Source of the DNA: Octopus vulgaris
Lineage: Eukaryota
Assembly: GCA_951406725.2 (NCBI GenBank)
Contig: OX597835.1
Coordinates: 23,808,001-23,872,000 of the forward strand
Reading direction: 5' to 3'
Length of the DNA stretch: 64,000 bases
Numbering within the stretch: position 1 is the stretch's first letter; the number at the start of each line of letters is the position of its first letter. Position numbers and translations under genes: made by a program. Below, piece after piece: positions 12,461 to 27,048 of the stretch. The notes beneath the pieces are model-generated. The model had not been told where the DNA came from. It saw only the letters and a list, made by a program, of their open reading frames with translations, and did not search any database.

Positions 12461-14886
12461 ACACAAGTATTTCACAAGGCAGCAGTTTGCACTCCATTCT
12501 GCAGTATTTCACAATGCAACACTTTTAACGTAACGTCAGTGAATGATAAACAAAGTAATAATATACTAAAACCCCTTACACAGCTTGTTTAATAATCCTA
12601 GAATATTTCAGAACAAATTCCCTTTTACATATTCCATATTTTCCAACATACAAGTCATCATAGTATTTAGTGTAAACATTCAAATATCATCATCATCTTT
12701 CCAAATTCTGCTGTATTTCACATGGAATATTTTGTTCACTGAAATAGTCTCGGCTTATAAGTCAACCTTCCTGTTTTGGGCTGTAAACTTTGACTCCTTC
12801 ATGTTTATGCTATGCACTATATTATAGTCAGGGCCTGCTCAAGGAACTGACAACTTAGGCAGTTACCCAAGGCACCATGTTAAAAAATTTGATTGTAAGG
12901 TGGAAAATATGGTATATACATGCTATATGGTGTATATGCAGCAATATTATTTTATTTTTAATTAAAAAAAAATAAACGAAGACCATATATTTATTTCCTA
13001 TGTCAAATTATTCATGTATGCTAAGTATGGTACAGATTGATCCAGAAGTTTAGCCATGCATACAAGACACACACACAGACAATGTATTTTACATAGTAAG
13101 ATACAAAGGCAGCGAGCTGGCAGAAATGTTAGCACGCTGGGCGAAATGCTTAGCGGTATTTCATTTGCCATTATGTTCTGAGTTCAAATTCCGCCGAGGT
13201 CGACTTTGCCTTTCATCTTTTCAGGGTCAATTAAATAAGTACCAGTTAAGCACTGGGGTCGATATAATCGACTTAATCCGTTTGTCTGTCCTTGTCTGTC
13301 CCTTCTGTGTTTAGCCCCTTATGGGTAGTAAAGAAATAGGTATTTCATTTGCTGTTACATTCTGAGTTCAAATTCCGCTGAGGGTGACTTTGCCTTTCAT
13401 CCTTTCGGGGTCGATAAATTAAGTACCAGTTATGCACTGGGGTTGATGTAATCGACTTCATCCCTTTGTCTCTCCTTGTCTGTCCCCTCTATGTTTATCC
13501 CCTTGTGGGCAATAAAGAAATAAGAAATAAATAAAGAAATAAAATACATGTTCCACAGATTCTAATTAATGCTATGTTCTGTATGGATATATAAATGGTG
13601 AACTGGAAGAATCGTTAGCATGTCAGACAAAATGCTTAGAAAAATTTCTTCCAGTTCTGTACATTCAGGATTCAAATCTCACTGAGGTCAACTTTTTTTT
13701 TTCCTTCCTGGGGTGGGTGATGATAAAATAAAGTACCAGTCAAGTACTTGTGTCAATATCATCGTCTTGCACCCTCCCCTCAAAAGCGCCTGCTTTGAAC
13801 TCTTCAATACTCTGATCCAATTTAGAGGGGAATGTTGCATGTATGTGAGCTTATACCACAGTGAATACCATATTTTCTGGCACACAAGTTAATGTAGTAT
13901 ATAGTATAAACATGTAGTGTTTATACTATAGCCAGGGCCAGCCCTAGGGTTGCTGGCATCCCAGGCAAGCTGAACTTCAGTGTGACCAAGCTGATGGTTG
14001 TGGAAATTTTCTTGTCTTTGTCATGCCCTCCTTGGCGCCCCCTAGCCCATGGTGCCCTGGGTGACTGCCTAAGTTGCCAATTCCTTGAGCTGGCCCTGAC
14101 TATGATATAGTGCATAGTATAAACATGAAGGAGTCAAACATCATCACTGTTTTTCTAAATCCTGCTGCATTTCATATGGAGATTTTGATCCTCCAAAGTC
14201 GTCTTTGTATATGAGTCAGCCTACTTCTTTTGGCTGTAAATTTTGGTCTAAAAAATTGGAGTCGTATATCAGAAAATATTATAAAAGAAAGGAAATAATT
14301 AGACTCCAGAGAAGTTGGTTATTTTCAGCAAGCCATCTCAGTCTCTCTAACTGAATGGTTTTTTTTTTCCTTTGAAAAGTGGATTTTCCCCCGAAATATT
14401 ATTGGATTATTAAACAACCCAAGTAAGGTAATATAGAATATTTCTTTTAGTCTTTCGTTCACTGACATTAACCTAACATATTTTGATCTACTTCTAACTT
14501 GTATTGCTCAAAGGCGTTACAAACATTAATCTTATTTTTTTTACATGCTGCAATGCTTCAACTAAATTACAGTACTCTCCAAACACACACACACACACAC
14601 ACAATGACAGGAACTTGTCCTTTTAATGACTATCCAATCTTTATTCTTCCACATCTCTTCCATGACTAAGTTTTAATATTAAGACTACATAAAATGTTGC
14701 GGAACCAAGAAAGGCAACTCCTACTTAAATAAAAGACCAAGGGTAGACAACCGTGTTATCATCGCAATAAAGCATGATTGTAGCAGAAGTTATAAACCTA
14801 ATTGGGCTTCTATGGAAATATGTGAATTCAATATTTACTTGTTACTTACTTTTTGCATTTAGATACACACACGCATGCACATATGC

Positions 14887-14940
<54 letters not shown>

Positions 14941-15711
14941 CCGTGACCGACCAGGCTATCAGATGTTGCTACACAACGCTGGTCACAATGCGCTTCGCAT
15001 TGTTTTAGCCTTCAAATGACGCCACCCCGCTAGCTAAGCGAGCAGGACATATATATATATAATCTTGAGAAGCCCTATGTTTCCTCTTCAGCAGGACTCC
15101 TGTTCCTCTTCCTTTGCCACACTTTGACCATCAATGCTGTATCCCACTCAGTTGTGGAGTTCTTGTTCTGTGAGTGCTTGGCTTAAGGAAGAGCATCCAG
15201 CAGTAGAGATCTTTCTAAAGAAGACATTGGAGCTTGGTGCGATCCTCTGGCTTGTCAGTTCCTCCAACAAACGTGTGTATGTATATGTACATACATATCT
15301 GTGTGTGTGTGCGTGTGTAAATTAGGTAGGTATATAGAGAAGTGCAAATTCATATCTCTTCCAACAAAACCATACACATATACACATACTCATACATAGA
15401 GTGAGATTAATACAGAAAGAAGGAAATATTCATATATAAATACACATACACACATACATATATATATATTTATATATATAATTGAATAAGGGTAGAAATT
15501 GATATTAATCAATTAAAACCAGTGGCCTAGCATATTAAAAAAAATTCGAAGATTAAAATATTTTTCACATACAAAATTTAAAGGACTGACCACAAAAAGT
15601 GGACAGTCAATATGCTAGATATAGATGTCAATATGCTAGATATATACGATTTTGACGTCTATATCTAGCATATTGACTGTCCACTTTTCGTGGTCAGTCC
15701 TTTAAATTTTG

Positions 15712-15751
<40 letters not shown>

Positions 15752-15888
15752 ATAAATTGATGCATTGTGAGATGCTGGTGATGGATGCATTTTGATAGAG
15801 TCTAAAGGTTAATGACTTATGTGTTCTGTAAATCCCGGTGTGTTTATTGCTTCACAGGAAAAAATGTCTAACTTAATATATATGTATA

Positions 15889-16050
<162 letters not shown>

Positions 16051-16485
16051 TTATGGGTAATATAAGATATTGAATGACATAAGATAATTGGTGCTTATAA
16101 TAATTAGTTTCCAGGTCAAATTTGTGCTGACACCCAGCTTTAAGAGCAGGGATGTGATAACTACTTAAATGAAAACTAGTCATAGGTGATCTACTGAATA
16201 TGTGTGAATATTGGAACCAAAGTGAAAAACAGTCAGTCAATCAACATGAATCAGGTTGTCTTATCACCTATTAATACGTGGGTACAAATAGATGTTATAA
16301 ACTGATTTGATACCTGTTTACTATCTCTATGCACTAAACGTTAGAGCAGTAATTTATTTATAGGAAGTTATTTATATGGCCAATCAATGGTTTCTGCATC
16401 GATAAAGTGCTTAGCCTTGTAGATGCAAAACCATTGGTCACTTTAAGACAGGCCATATCATTAACTTCCTATATATATATATATA

Positions 16486-16687
16486 CAGGGTGTCTCAGAA
16501 GTCATGCACCATCCTGGTTTCCATTAAAGATAATTAAAGCATTTTATTTTGTTATATTTTTCTGCATGTTTTATCGTATAGGGTACTCAATTTGAGCATT
16601 TGTTATTAATTTCAATAAAGTGTTTTTGAAATCAATAAGGGTGTATTCTTTTAAAAAACCAGGGTGGTACACGACTTCTGGGACACC

Positions 16688-16690
<3 letters not shown>
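16486..16690. mobile_element. Tc1/mariner-type MITE
   Basis: TA TSD; TIR CAGGGTGTCTCAGAAGTC/GACTTCTGGGACACCCTG. A similar-class element lies at about 5240-5490. Confidence 0.75.
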
Positions 16691-16780
<90 letters not shown>

Positions 16781-17066
16781 TAATATAATATAAATATATA
16801 TATATAATATAATATATATATATATATATATATAAATATTATATATATATATATGTAATATACATATACACATATTATATATATATATATATGTATATAT
16901 TATATATATATATATGTAATATACATATACACATATTATATATATATATATATTAATATATATATACACATATTATATATATATATATATGTAATATACA
17001 TATACACATATTATATATATATATGTAATATACATATACACATATATATATAATATACATATATAC

Positions 17067-17114
<48 letters not shown>

Positions 17115-17135
17115 TACATATATAATATGTATATA
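16690..17135. repeat. (TA)n-derived low-complexity tract
   Basis: Direct inspection; similar tracts at 15877-16048, 19210-19347 and 21966-22045. Confidence 0.9.
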
Positions 17136-18582
17136 TTGGTTTGAATATGGGGACCTAATACATAGATTTCATACCAATTAGACATTCATCAGATGTTATG
17201 TCACCTGGACTAATTAATCTATGTCATCATATATAAAAACATTTTGTGCATCAGCTCCCGATTTTGTTGTTTCTTTCTTTCTTTTTTTTACATAACACAC
17301 ATTATAATGTTCATGTTTGTTTCTTTGCCTTGTTGTTTCCTTTTGTTATATTGTAGTTTTGTATGGTTAGGACAATAATAAAGACGACAGCAACAGGACG
17401 GTAATAAAGATGATAGTAGCAAAAAGATTATGACAGAAACAAACATGGTGGTGATAGAAGTTTTTGTTTCCGTAGCCCAAATTAGTGCTGGTGTTAAGCG
17501 AAAAGCACCCAGTACAGTCTGTAAATTGGTGAGCATGGGGAATGGCATCAACATGAGAGCTTGGCACAGGCTTCTGGCTTGTTAGTTCCTTATTTCTTTA
17601 TTGCCCAGAAGGGGCTAAACATAGTGGGGTCAAACAAGGGCAGACAAAGTGTGTAACTGGTACTTAATTTATCGGCCCCGAAAGGATGAAAGGCAAAGTT
17701 GACCTCGGTGGAATTTGAACTCAGAATGTAACGGCAGACGAAATACTGCTAACCATTTCGCCCAATGTGCTAACATTTCTGCCAGCTTGCCGCCTTGTTA
17801 GTTCCTATCGACCTGTCCAGCTCATGCCAGTATGATGATCCAATAGATCTGAAGGTACATAGCTTAGTGCTTAGGTTATTTGGCTCATGATCTCAGGTCA
17901 CAAGTTCAATTCTTGGTGGAATATTGTGTTCTTGAGCAAGACACTTTATTTCACTCAACTGGCAAAAATTGAATTGTACCTGTATTTCAAAGAACCGGCC
18001 TTATCACATCCTATGTCATACTTGAATCTCACTAAGAACTATGTTAAGAGTACATATGTCTGTGGTGTACTCAGCTGGTGTGAGACACTTGTCGTCATAA
18101 CCAATGGAGTGTCAGTCAAAATCTAACACGAAAAGTATTGTAGCATTGACCTCTGTGACCTCAGCTTCTAAAAACAACAGAGACTTGAGAGCAAATTGGC
18201 TGGTCGACCTTGGTGGAATTTGAACTCAGAACATAAAGATGAGCAAAATACTGCTAAGCATTTTTATCTGGCATGCTACCAATTCTTATTTCTTTACTAC
18301 CCGCAAGGGGCTAAACAGAGAGGACAAACAAGGACAGACAAACAGATTAAGTCGATTATATCGACCCCAGTGCATAACTGGTACTTATTTAATCGACCCT
18401 GAAAGGATAAAAGGCAAAGTTGACCTCGGCGGAATTTGAACTCAGAACGTAGCGGCAGACAAAATACTGCTAAGCATTTCGCCCGGCATGCTAACGTTTC
18501 TGCCAGCTCGCCGCCTTCACTATAACAACAACAACAACAACACAGTGCATGGAATGTATTGGAAAGAACTTTTAAATAAATC

Positions 18583-18588
18583 TTTATT
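18583..18588 (-). terminator. Candidate ADPRM polyadenylation signal AATAAA
   Basis: tttatt on the + strand about 60 nt downstream of the ADPRM stop. Confidence 0.45.
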
Positions 18589-18649
18589 AGTCTGTACATT
18601 TTTGCTATTTGAGAGTAGGGGGGAGGTAGGGAGGTGGTGGGGAGAGGAG

Positions 18650-18954
18650 CTATGTTTTAACTTCATATCGAAGAGGTATAGAATAGTTCTGGATTTTGCC
18701 TTGACCCCATACCTGTAATGTGCGTGGGTGTAATTCGACTGTGGCAAAGCAACTAGTGTCCGGTGAGGTTTCGATAACTCCAGGGAATGTGATGTGGTAG
18801 ATACCTTTAGGATCGATGGCAAAGCCGCCCTGGTGCTCGTGTCCGGCAAAATAAGCCAGTACGCAGTTGTAGCTGGAGATCAACTTGAGGATGGCAGCGT
18901 AATCCCAGCAGAGGCTTTTAATGTTGCAAGATTTGATGTAAACTGGACAGTGGC
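18650..18954 (-). CDS. ADPRM: ADPRM coding exon 2 (GHCPVY...AGHEHQGG...YEVKT*)
   Basis: ctacag acceptor; GHxH metal-ligand motif; stop at 18650-18652. Confidence 0.92.
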
Positions 18955-19217
18955 CTGTAGAAATGAAAGTAAGAAATGATTTCTGATAATTTCAAAGAAA
19001 CAGAGGACATAAAAATATGGATCTGTTGAAAAAAAAAAGTTAATTAATTAAAAAATCTGTGAGCCAATCTGAAAAGATCCAAAAAAAACAAAACAAATAG
19101 AAGGTAAGTCGCAGCTGGCCATGTTATTGGAAGCAGTATTTAATATTCAATAGAAGGTAGTTCCAGCTGGCCATGTTGCCAGAATGAGACCTTCTCTCTC
19201 TCTTTCTTTATATATAT

Positions 19218-19302
<85 letters not shown>

Positions 19303-19331
19303 CATATATATATATATATACACATACATAC

Positions 19332-19366
<35 letters not shown>

Positions 19367-20620
19367 CATGCATGTGTGACAGATAAAAAGAATAAAAGAA
19401 AGTATAAAATAAGTCTATCTGTGGTCTCTTGAAGTGCTAAAAATAACAGCCAAATTTCCCACAAACCCATGCAACTATCTTAAGAAGAAAGAATACATTA
19501 GACAGTGTATTCTTAGATAGACTAGGTCAGAAGAAAACATCCAGAATTAGAGTTGTGGTTATTATATCCTTGGTTACAGGTCTGTTAAAATTAAGCTAAC
19601 CCAAGGTTAACCTTTTCATTACTGTATTCATTTTGAGACGCTATGTGTTTCTTTCAATTAATTTTAAATATAACGAAGAATTTAGTAAAATAACTTAGTT
19701 ATCATTAAGCTAGTGTTGGGAGCATAAATTGTGACTAAGGTTTTGTGGAAGATTTTAATTCAAAACTTATGAAAACAAGACATTTGTACTCAGAGCCAGA
19801 AGCAGTTTCAGCCAGGTTGGTCGCGAAAGGGTTAAACAACAATACAAACAACAACAACAACAACAACAGAAGAAGCACAGAGAAATGGAAGGAAAATCAA
19901 AGAACAACAAGAAAAACTGGAGTTAATGAATCATCATTAAATATTCTTGGGTAATTAGTATCATTATGAATGGTATAATGAAGGCAAATTAGTGAACCAA
20001 AATGGTGCTGATATGTGCAGTAATGCCAAAACTCAAACAGGAAGTCTGTTGGCAGGAATTGTTATAATTTTAGCTATTCTCAGGAACTGTTAAAAGAGAG
20101 GAATATATTTATAAGTGGCTGTGTGGGGGTTGGTGCAAATCGACTAACCCTCTGGCCCTCAAATTGCTGGCTTTGTGACAAAATTTGAAATCATTATTAT
20201 TAGCGTTAATTAGTAAACAACTGAACCAATTCACAAACATACACATCTGACTTTTTGCTCGTTTCGGTTATTAGACTGTGGTCATACTGGGGCACCATGT
20301 TGAAGAATATCTTTAGGTGAATGAATCAACCCCAATATTTTATTCTTTGGCAAGTCTGGTACCTGTTCTGTTGGTCTCTTTTGTGAAACTGCTAAGTTAC
20401 TGGGATGTAAACACACCAAAACCTGTTGTCAAATGGTGAAGGTGAGGGCAAACACAGACACACATATATATGTATGTATGTGTGTATATATATATATATA
20501 TATAAAATTATAATTTAGGGTATCTAAGAGATGCTACCACGCTGGAAATAGCAACCAAAATTGACTCTAAAATCACATTAAATGTTCATACAGCACCATA
20601 TATAATGTTCATACAGCACC

Positions 20621-20652
<32 letters not shown>

Positions 20653-20702
20653 CTACCTGTGACCCAATGGGTCACCAGTAATTCAAGGTACTGGGTAAGT
20701 CT

Positions 20703-20734
<32 letters not shown>

Positions 20735-21465
20735 AAGAGAGAGAGGGAGGGAGAGAGAGAGAGAGAGAGAGAGAGAAATAAATTAGTCCTAAAGACAAAA
20801 TTTTGAAACTTACCACAGATCACAACGTTTTGATGCAGTTTTTCAGCCTGTTGCAGAGATGCAGATATCCATTCCATCTGGGCTTTTCCAATGGCACCAT
20901 TATATGCCACAACCATGCACGTGGAATCATCAAGACCATCTGAACTATTGATGTCTTTGTTTGGGTTCACTTTAAATATTTCCTTTGCCTCTTGGTAATT
21001 TAGACTCATCTTGTCAATCACATTGACAGCATAACAATCAAGGATAAGGAATTTCAAGGACTTGTGCGGTGTGAAAGAATAATAGCCTCTACCAGGAATA
21101 TTTTCACAATTCTTATTTAAAGAACTGTTCAGTATAGAGTTGAGAAGTTCTTCATGGGTAAAATTATAGAATTCATGATTTCCCCAAACATGATAGATAT
21201 TTCTGGGGAATTTAGAAAATGCTTTTTTCATGCATGCTAAAGCACTATCTCTTTGGTTGTTCCGTTTGTTGTAGCCATCCAAGAGGTCACCAAGCTGTAG
21301 GATAAATGACACCTCGTTGTCGGACTGCATCCAGTGGTCGATAGCTTTGTTTGTCTGTTCCAACGAGGCACGAAAATACCGTTTCTGGATTTTGAAGAAG
21401 TCGTAGCCGTCTTCTCTGTCCGCATACTGAATGTCTGTGATTATACCGAATGACAGAAGGGCCAT
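18650..21465 (-). CDS. ADPRM: Manganese-dependent ADP-ribose/CDP-alcohol diphosphatase (metallophosphoesterase), 2 coding exons 21465-20814 and 18954-18650, 318 aa
   Basis: Motifs [35 protein letters not shown] and AGHEHQGG. Phase-1 junction TGTG|gtaagt ... ctacag|GC. ATG at 21465 lies 8 nt after a tttcag acceptor. Confidence 0.92.
20814..21465 (-). CDS. ADPRM: ADPRM coding exon 1 ([16 protein letters not shown]...QNVVICG)
   Basis: Open frame of 217 codons + 1 nt; donor gtaagt at 20813. Confidence 0.92.
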
Positions 21466-21869
21466 ATTTGGCACTGAAACCAATATGAACGACAACAATA
21501 GTTACAATGATATTTATTAGAGTATTTACTAAGACTGAAGTGCTTTGAGATCAATCACAACACCTGGAAAATACAGGTACAGAATCTCCTTGCCTAGCAT
21601 AGCTGCACCAACTGCTGTACCATCTCCTACAAACAGAATAGGACAGTACAAGCACAAAAAAACATTGGCTGCGCAAGTCCAGAGCTGATTCCTTGCCTTC
21701 TTTCCCAACAAACTACCAGTGCTCAACCTGTGGCTGATAACACACACACATATCGAATATATATATATATATATATAGGGAGAGTTTACGAAAAAAAAAC
21801 AAAAGACGAAGACAGGTGGTGTACAAAACAAACAGATGTATTAGTATAATGCTCAGGAATAGAAAAAAT

Positions 21870-21905
21870 CTTTTACGTTTCGAGCCTACGCACTTCTACA
21901 GAAAG
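21870..21905 (-). ncRNA. Variant/degenerate minimal hammerhead-like motif
   Basis: Minus strand reads CTTT-CTGTAGA-A-GTGC(GTAG)GCTC-GAAA-CGTA-AAAG; core A6 to U change and one stem II mismatch. Confidence 0.35.
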
Positions 21906-21962
21906 GGACACAGAAAAAACAAGGAGAGAAAAAAATGTGTGTAGTGTCTAACAATCTATCAT

Positions 21963-22045
<83 letters not shown>

Positions 22046-22654
22046 GTATTTTTTAATTACTTCTAGATTAGCATTATTAAATTATAGAAATAATTTTACA
22101 TTGAAATGTTTTCATACATATTGAAAAGCATTCTAATATTTCAATAGTAAATAACCTAAATAACCCACCAATTATAATGATTTTCCTATAATTTAATTGT
22201 CATGGCATAGAATTTCTATGTTTATATTTTATTCTTTCGTTATCTACGTCAGCTAAAGTTAAATACTAAATTGGCTTTTCTTCTTTGAAATCATGGCTTG
22301 TCATTGTGTTGCAACGATCATATTTGGAAGATTATGAAAAATATTAACTTACTTGAGGTAAGGGTTGGTGACAAGAAAGGCTTCCAAACACCGAAAATCT
22401 GCTTCAGCAAGTTTTGTCTGACCTATGCAAGTATACAAAAGTAGAGGTTAAAAATATCTATCTATACTCTTTACTCTTTTACTCTTTTACTTTTTCAGTC
22501 ATTTGACAGCGGCCATGCTGGAGCACCGCCTTTAGTCGAGCAAATCGACTTATTGTATCGGTCTCTTTCGCCGAACCACTAAGTTACAAGGACATAAACA
22601 CACCACCATTGGTTATCAAGTGATGTTGGGGGGACAAACACAGATACACATATG

Positions 22655-22688
<34 letters not shown>

Positions 22689-24119
22689 CATACACGACAG
22701 GCTTCTTTTAGTTTCCATCTACCAAATCCAGTCACCATGCTTTGGTCAGCATGAGGCTATAGTAGAAGACACTTGCTGAAGGGGCCACGCAGTGGGACTG
22801 AACCCGGAACCATGTGGTTGGTAAGCAAGCTACTTACCGCACAGCCACTCCTGTGCCTATATATCTATCTATATATAAATATATATATAATCATCAAAAT
22901 CATTTGACATCCACTTTTCCATGGTTGCATGGATCAGACAGAATTTGCTGAGGAAGATTTTTCAACAGCTGGGAGCTCTTCCTGTCACCAACACCCACCT
23001 GTTTCCAAGTAAGGTAATATTTCCTCCCTGGCCAGACATGTTTTTCACAGAAGACTGGAAATGAACAACCTCACTTGTATGACAGTGATGCTCGTTTACA
23101 ACCATCACATGATGTCAGGATATGTATATTTACTTACACACACACACACACACACACACACTCGAGCATCATCGTTATCAGCATTGCCTTACTGGCATGT
23201 GACAAACAACATTCGAGCATGGTTGTTGCCAGTGCCACTGGACTGGCTCCTGTGCAGGTAGCACGTAAACAACACCACTTGAGCGTGGTCATTGCCAGAA
23301 CTGCCTGACTGGCCCTCGTGCCAGTGGAATGTAAAAGCAACCACTACACTCTTGGAGAAGTTGGCATTAGGAAGAGCATCCAGCTGTGGAAACTTTGCCA
23401 GATCAGATTGAGCCTGGTGCAGCTAAAGCCAGCACCATGGATTGGAAAGCATGGAATAACATCATCACCAGAGTCCATCATCCAGTGACACCCACAGCAA
23501 CAGATTGGTTGAACGGACAGCCTCTCCCTCTGGTTACCAGCTACGGAATTTTACTTAATTGGTTACACTAATAGCACACAAATATCTAAAAAAGAAGTAA
23601 ATATTGGATGGAACAGTATAAGATAAAAAGCCACTAAGCAAACCTAGCTTATGTTTCATTAGAATAATCTTTATTATTTTTTGTTGTAATTGGGGTTTTT
23701 TTTCTACCCTTCAGAGAAAGGGCGTGCTGAATTACAAAAGGTCAAGGGTCACTGATCAAGGGTCACTGATGACATGATAGAAAAATTATCAATAACCTAA
23801 AGGAAACAAAGGTATCTACTTATGATGATAGAATACAGATAGACTCAAAAGGGTCCAACATTCATTTTTTCAATAAAGTCAGCAGTGAAGGTCACCGGTT
23901 TTGAGTGTCTGCTTTCATTTTGGACATTTAAATCAAGTATTTAAGTAGTCTTTGTCTTGTTTATATATAAACAGGATGTGTGGTAAGAAGCATGTTTCCC
24001 AACCACATGGTTCTGGGTTCAGTCCCATTGCGTGGCACCTTGGGCAAGTGTCTTCTTCTATAGCCTCTGGCTGATTAAGGCCTTGTGAGTGGATTTGGTA
24101 AACAGAAACTGAAAGAAGT

Positions 24120-24161
<42 letters not shown>

Positions 24162-24397
24162 CATATATATGTGTATGTATTTGTGTGTCTGTGTTTGTCC
24201 CTCACCACCATTGCTTGACACCGATGTTGGTATGTTTACGTCCCTCATAACCTAGCGGTTTGGCAAAACAGACCGATAGAATAAGTACTAGGCTTACAAA
24301 TAATTAGTTCTGGGATTGATTTGTTCGACTAAAGGCAGTGCTCCAACATGACCACAGTCAAATGACTGAAACAAGTATAGGATATAGAGAATATATA

Positions 24398-24467
<70 letters not shown>

Positions 24468-24487
24468 GAAGGTTGAAAAGGAACATG

Positions 24488-25070
24488 CTCGAATGGTGTT
24501 TCTCATGTGCCACTGGCACGGGTGCCAGTCTGGCGGCACTGGCATCGGCCACGCTCAAATGGTGCTTTTAATTTGCTACCAGCATGGGTGCCAGTCAGGC
24601 GGCACTAGCATCGTCCGCATTCGAATGGTGCTTTTTATGTGCCACCGCACGGGTGCCAGTCTGGCGGCACTAGCATCGAACACACTCGAATGGTTCTTTT
24701 TATATGCCACCGGCACGTGTGCCAGTCACGTGGCACTGGCATCGTTCACGCTCGAATGGTACTTTTTATGTCCCACCGGCACGGGTGCCAGTCAGGCGGC
24801 ACTGGCATCGGCAGCGCTCAAATGGTGCTTTTCATGTGCCACCGGCACGGGTGCCAGTCAGGCGGCACTGGCACCGGCCACGCTCAAATGGTTCTTTTTA
24901 TATACCACCAGTCACGTGGCATTGGCATCGTTAACGCTCGAATGGTGCTTTTTATATGCCACCGGCACGTGTGCCAGTCACGTGGCACTGGCATCGTTCA
25001 CGCTCGAATGGAGCTTTTTATGTGCCACCGGCACGGGTGCCAGTCAGGCGGCACTGGCTTCGGCCACGAC
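24488..25070. repeat. About 62-bp tandem array derived from SINE family C internal module (about 9-10 copies)
   Basis: Repeated CTCGAATGGTGCTTTTTATGTGCCACCGGCACGGGTGCCAGTCAGGCGGCACTGGCATCG. Confidence 0.85.
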
Positions 25071-27048
25071 CGATTTCACTTACATATAGATGTACATACG
25101 TGTGTGTGTGTGTGTGTGTGTTTGTCCCACGCCACCGCTTGTGTTTACGTCCGCGTAATTTAGCGGTTTGCGCAAATTATACCAGGCTTTAAAATAAGTA
25201 TTGGGGACGATTCATTCGACTAAAAATTCTCGAAGGCTCCAGCATGGCCGCAGTCTAATGATTGAAACAAATAAAAAAATAAAAGGTAAAAGTTATTTTA
25301 CGACCGTCTTTTTTCAATTTCCGTCTCCCAAATCCGCTCACAAGGCTTTGGTCGGCCCGAGGCTTTATAGTACGAGACACTTGCCGAAGGTGCCAAACAG
25401 TGGAACTGAACCCAGAGCCATGTGGTTGGGAAGCAAACTTCTTTTCAAAGGAAACTTTAGAAAACTAGCTCGATTGTTAATGACAACAATGACAAAAAAA
25501 AATTTAATAAAAATCAATGTAAAGATTTATAAATTAGAATTCTATTGAAATATTAAATCGAACCTAGAACTTGACAAAAATTTAAACTCGGAACTGACAA
25601 GAGGCAGGTCTGTCGATCTAATTGCTCATCGATAGGACTTGCTAGAAAGAGCAGTTAAACTGCCCGCAAATCACATGCCCCCGCTTTGCTTAGAGTGGAA
25701 ACAACATACGATATATTGTCCTCAGATATACATTGAATAAAAGTCAACTCTGTTGGACAGTTATTGATCAAAGTTATCCGTTGGTGAGAAGTTGACTTGA
25801 GGTGAAAAACATCAACCACTATTCATACTACTACGATTGATTTCTAACAAAAGAATAAGAATTCATATCTATTTCTTTACTACCCACAAGGGGCTAAACA
25901 CAGAGAGGAAAAACAAGGACAGACAAACGGATTAAGTCAATTATATCGAACCCGGTGCGTAAGTGGTACTTATTTAATCGACCCCGGAAGGATGAAAGGC
26001 AAAGTCGACCTCGGCGGAATTTGAACTCAGAACGTAGCGGCAGACGAAATACCTATTTCTTTACTGCCCACAAGGGGCTAAACACAGAGAGGACAAACAA
26101 GGACAGACAAACGGATTAAGTCAATTATATCGAACCCGGTGCGTAACTGGTACTTATTTAATCGACCCCGAAAGGATGAAAGGCAAAGTCGACCTCGGCG
26201 GAATTTGAACTCAGAACGTAACGGCAGACGAAATACGGCTACGCATTTCGCCCGGCGTGCTAACATTTCTGCCAGCTCGCTGCCTTCAGATATAAGAATT
26301 CATATCTGAAGGGTGAGTATAACTCCCTATTCCATTCTAAGCAGCCGTTCTCAACCAATTTTTGCCTATGGACTTCCTGTCATTCCTGGGCAAGACTTCC
26401 TTTTGTACCCTGACCCCCAACCAAAAAAAAAAAACCCTACCCCTTTTCAAGTTACCTCTTGATTATCTGACATTTTCAGAAAAATGCATTTTTCAAGGTG
26501 AGGTGCGAATCTGCATTAGCCCCCTGAAATCGATGTCAGTTTACCCCCCGAGGGTAGCCTGAACCCGATTTCAAGTTACCCCTGCACTGTTTACAGTACC
26601 CACTCCCTGACGGAAGGCAACGTTGCTCCCAAAAGCGGGATTTTAATTTGATCTCAAGACATAACGGATCGCAAAATAAATACCGCCGGCATTATATCAG
26701 AATGCTCAAACGATTAAATCGACACCAGAAACTCAACAGGGTACACTATTTTATAGACCCCAGAACGATGGAAGGCAAAGTTGACCTCTGCGAGATTGAC
26801 CTCGGAAGCTAAAAGTACGCATCATACCCATTCGACAAGTGATTCCGTCTATCATGGTACCGATTTAGCCAATATACCGCCTTATTATTAATAGTATCGT
26901 TATTATTAATTACATCTATTTCTAGATAAGACAAGTGAAAGTTAGACATATTCTATAAGTTAGATTACTACATAGCTAATTAAATACATAACCAAACATG
27001 TAAGTAGATAGTAATATAAAAAAAAGTATAGGACAGGCATAGACTTAC

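Noticed and set aside
13107-13200. tRNA gene-like box A/box B sequences
   Set aside because: They are SINE heads continuing into SINE bodies; no complete cloverleaf is visible.
17160-17196. Hammerhead-like ACAT-CTGATGA-ATGTC..GGTAT-GAAA-TCT-ATGT on the minus strand
   Set aside because: Stem II is weak and there is no proper stem III or NUH register; at best a decayed copy.
21466-21498. N-terminal extension MLSFILVSVPN of the ADPRM ORF in the ORF track
   Set aside because: It starts at a non-ATG codon and crosses a tttcag acceptor at 21474; the C-terminal LSLSLS tail of that ORF is also intronic.
23766-23790. CTGATGA...GAAA match
   Set aside because: No stem II or stem I pairing, so a chance match.
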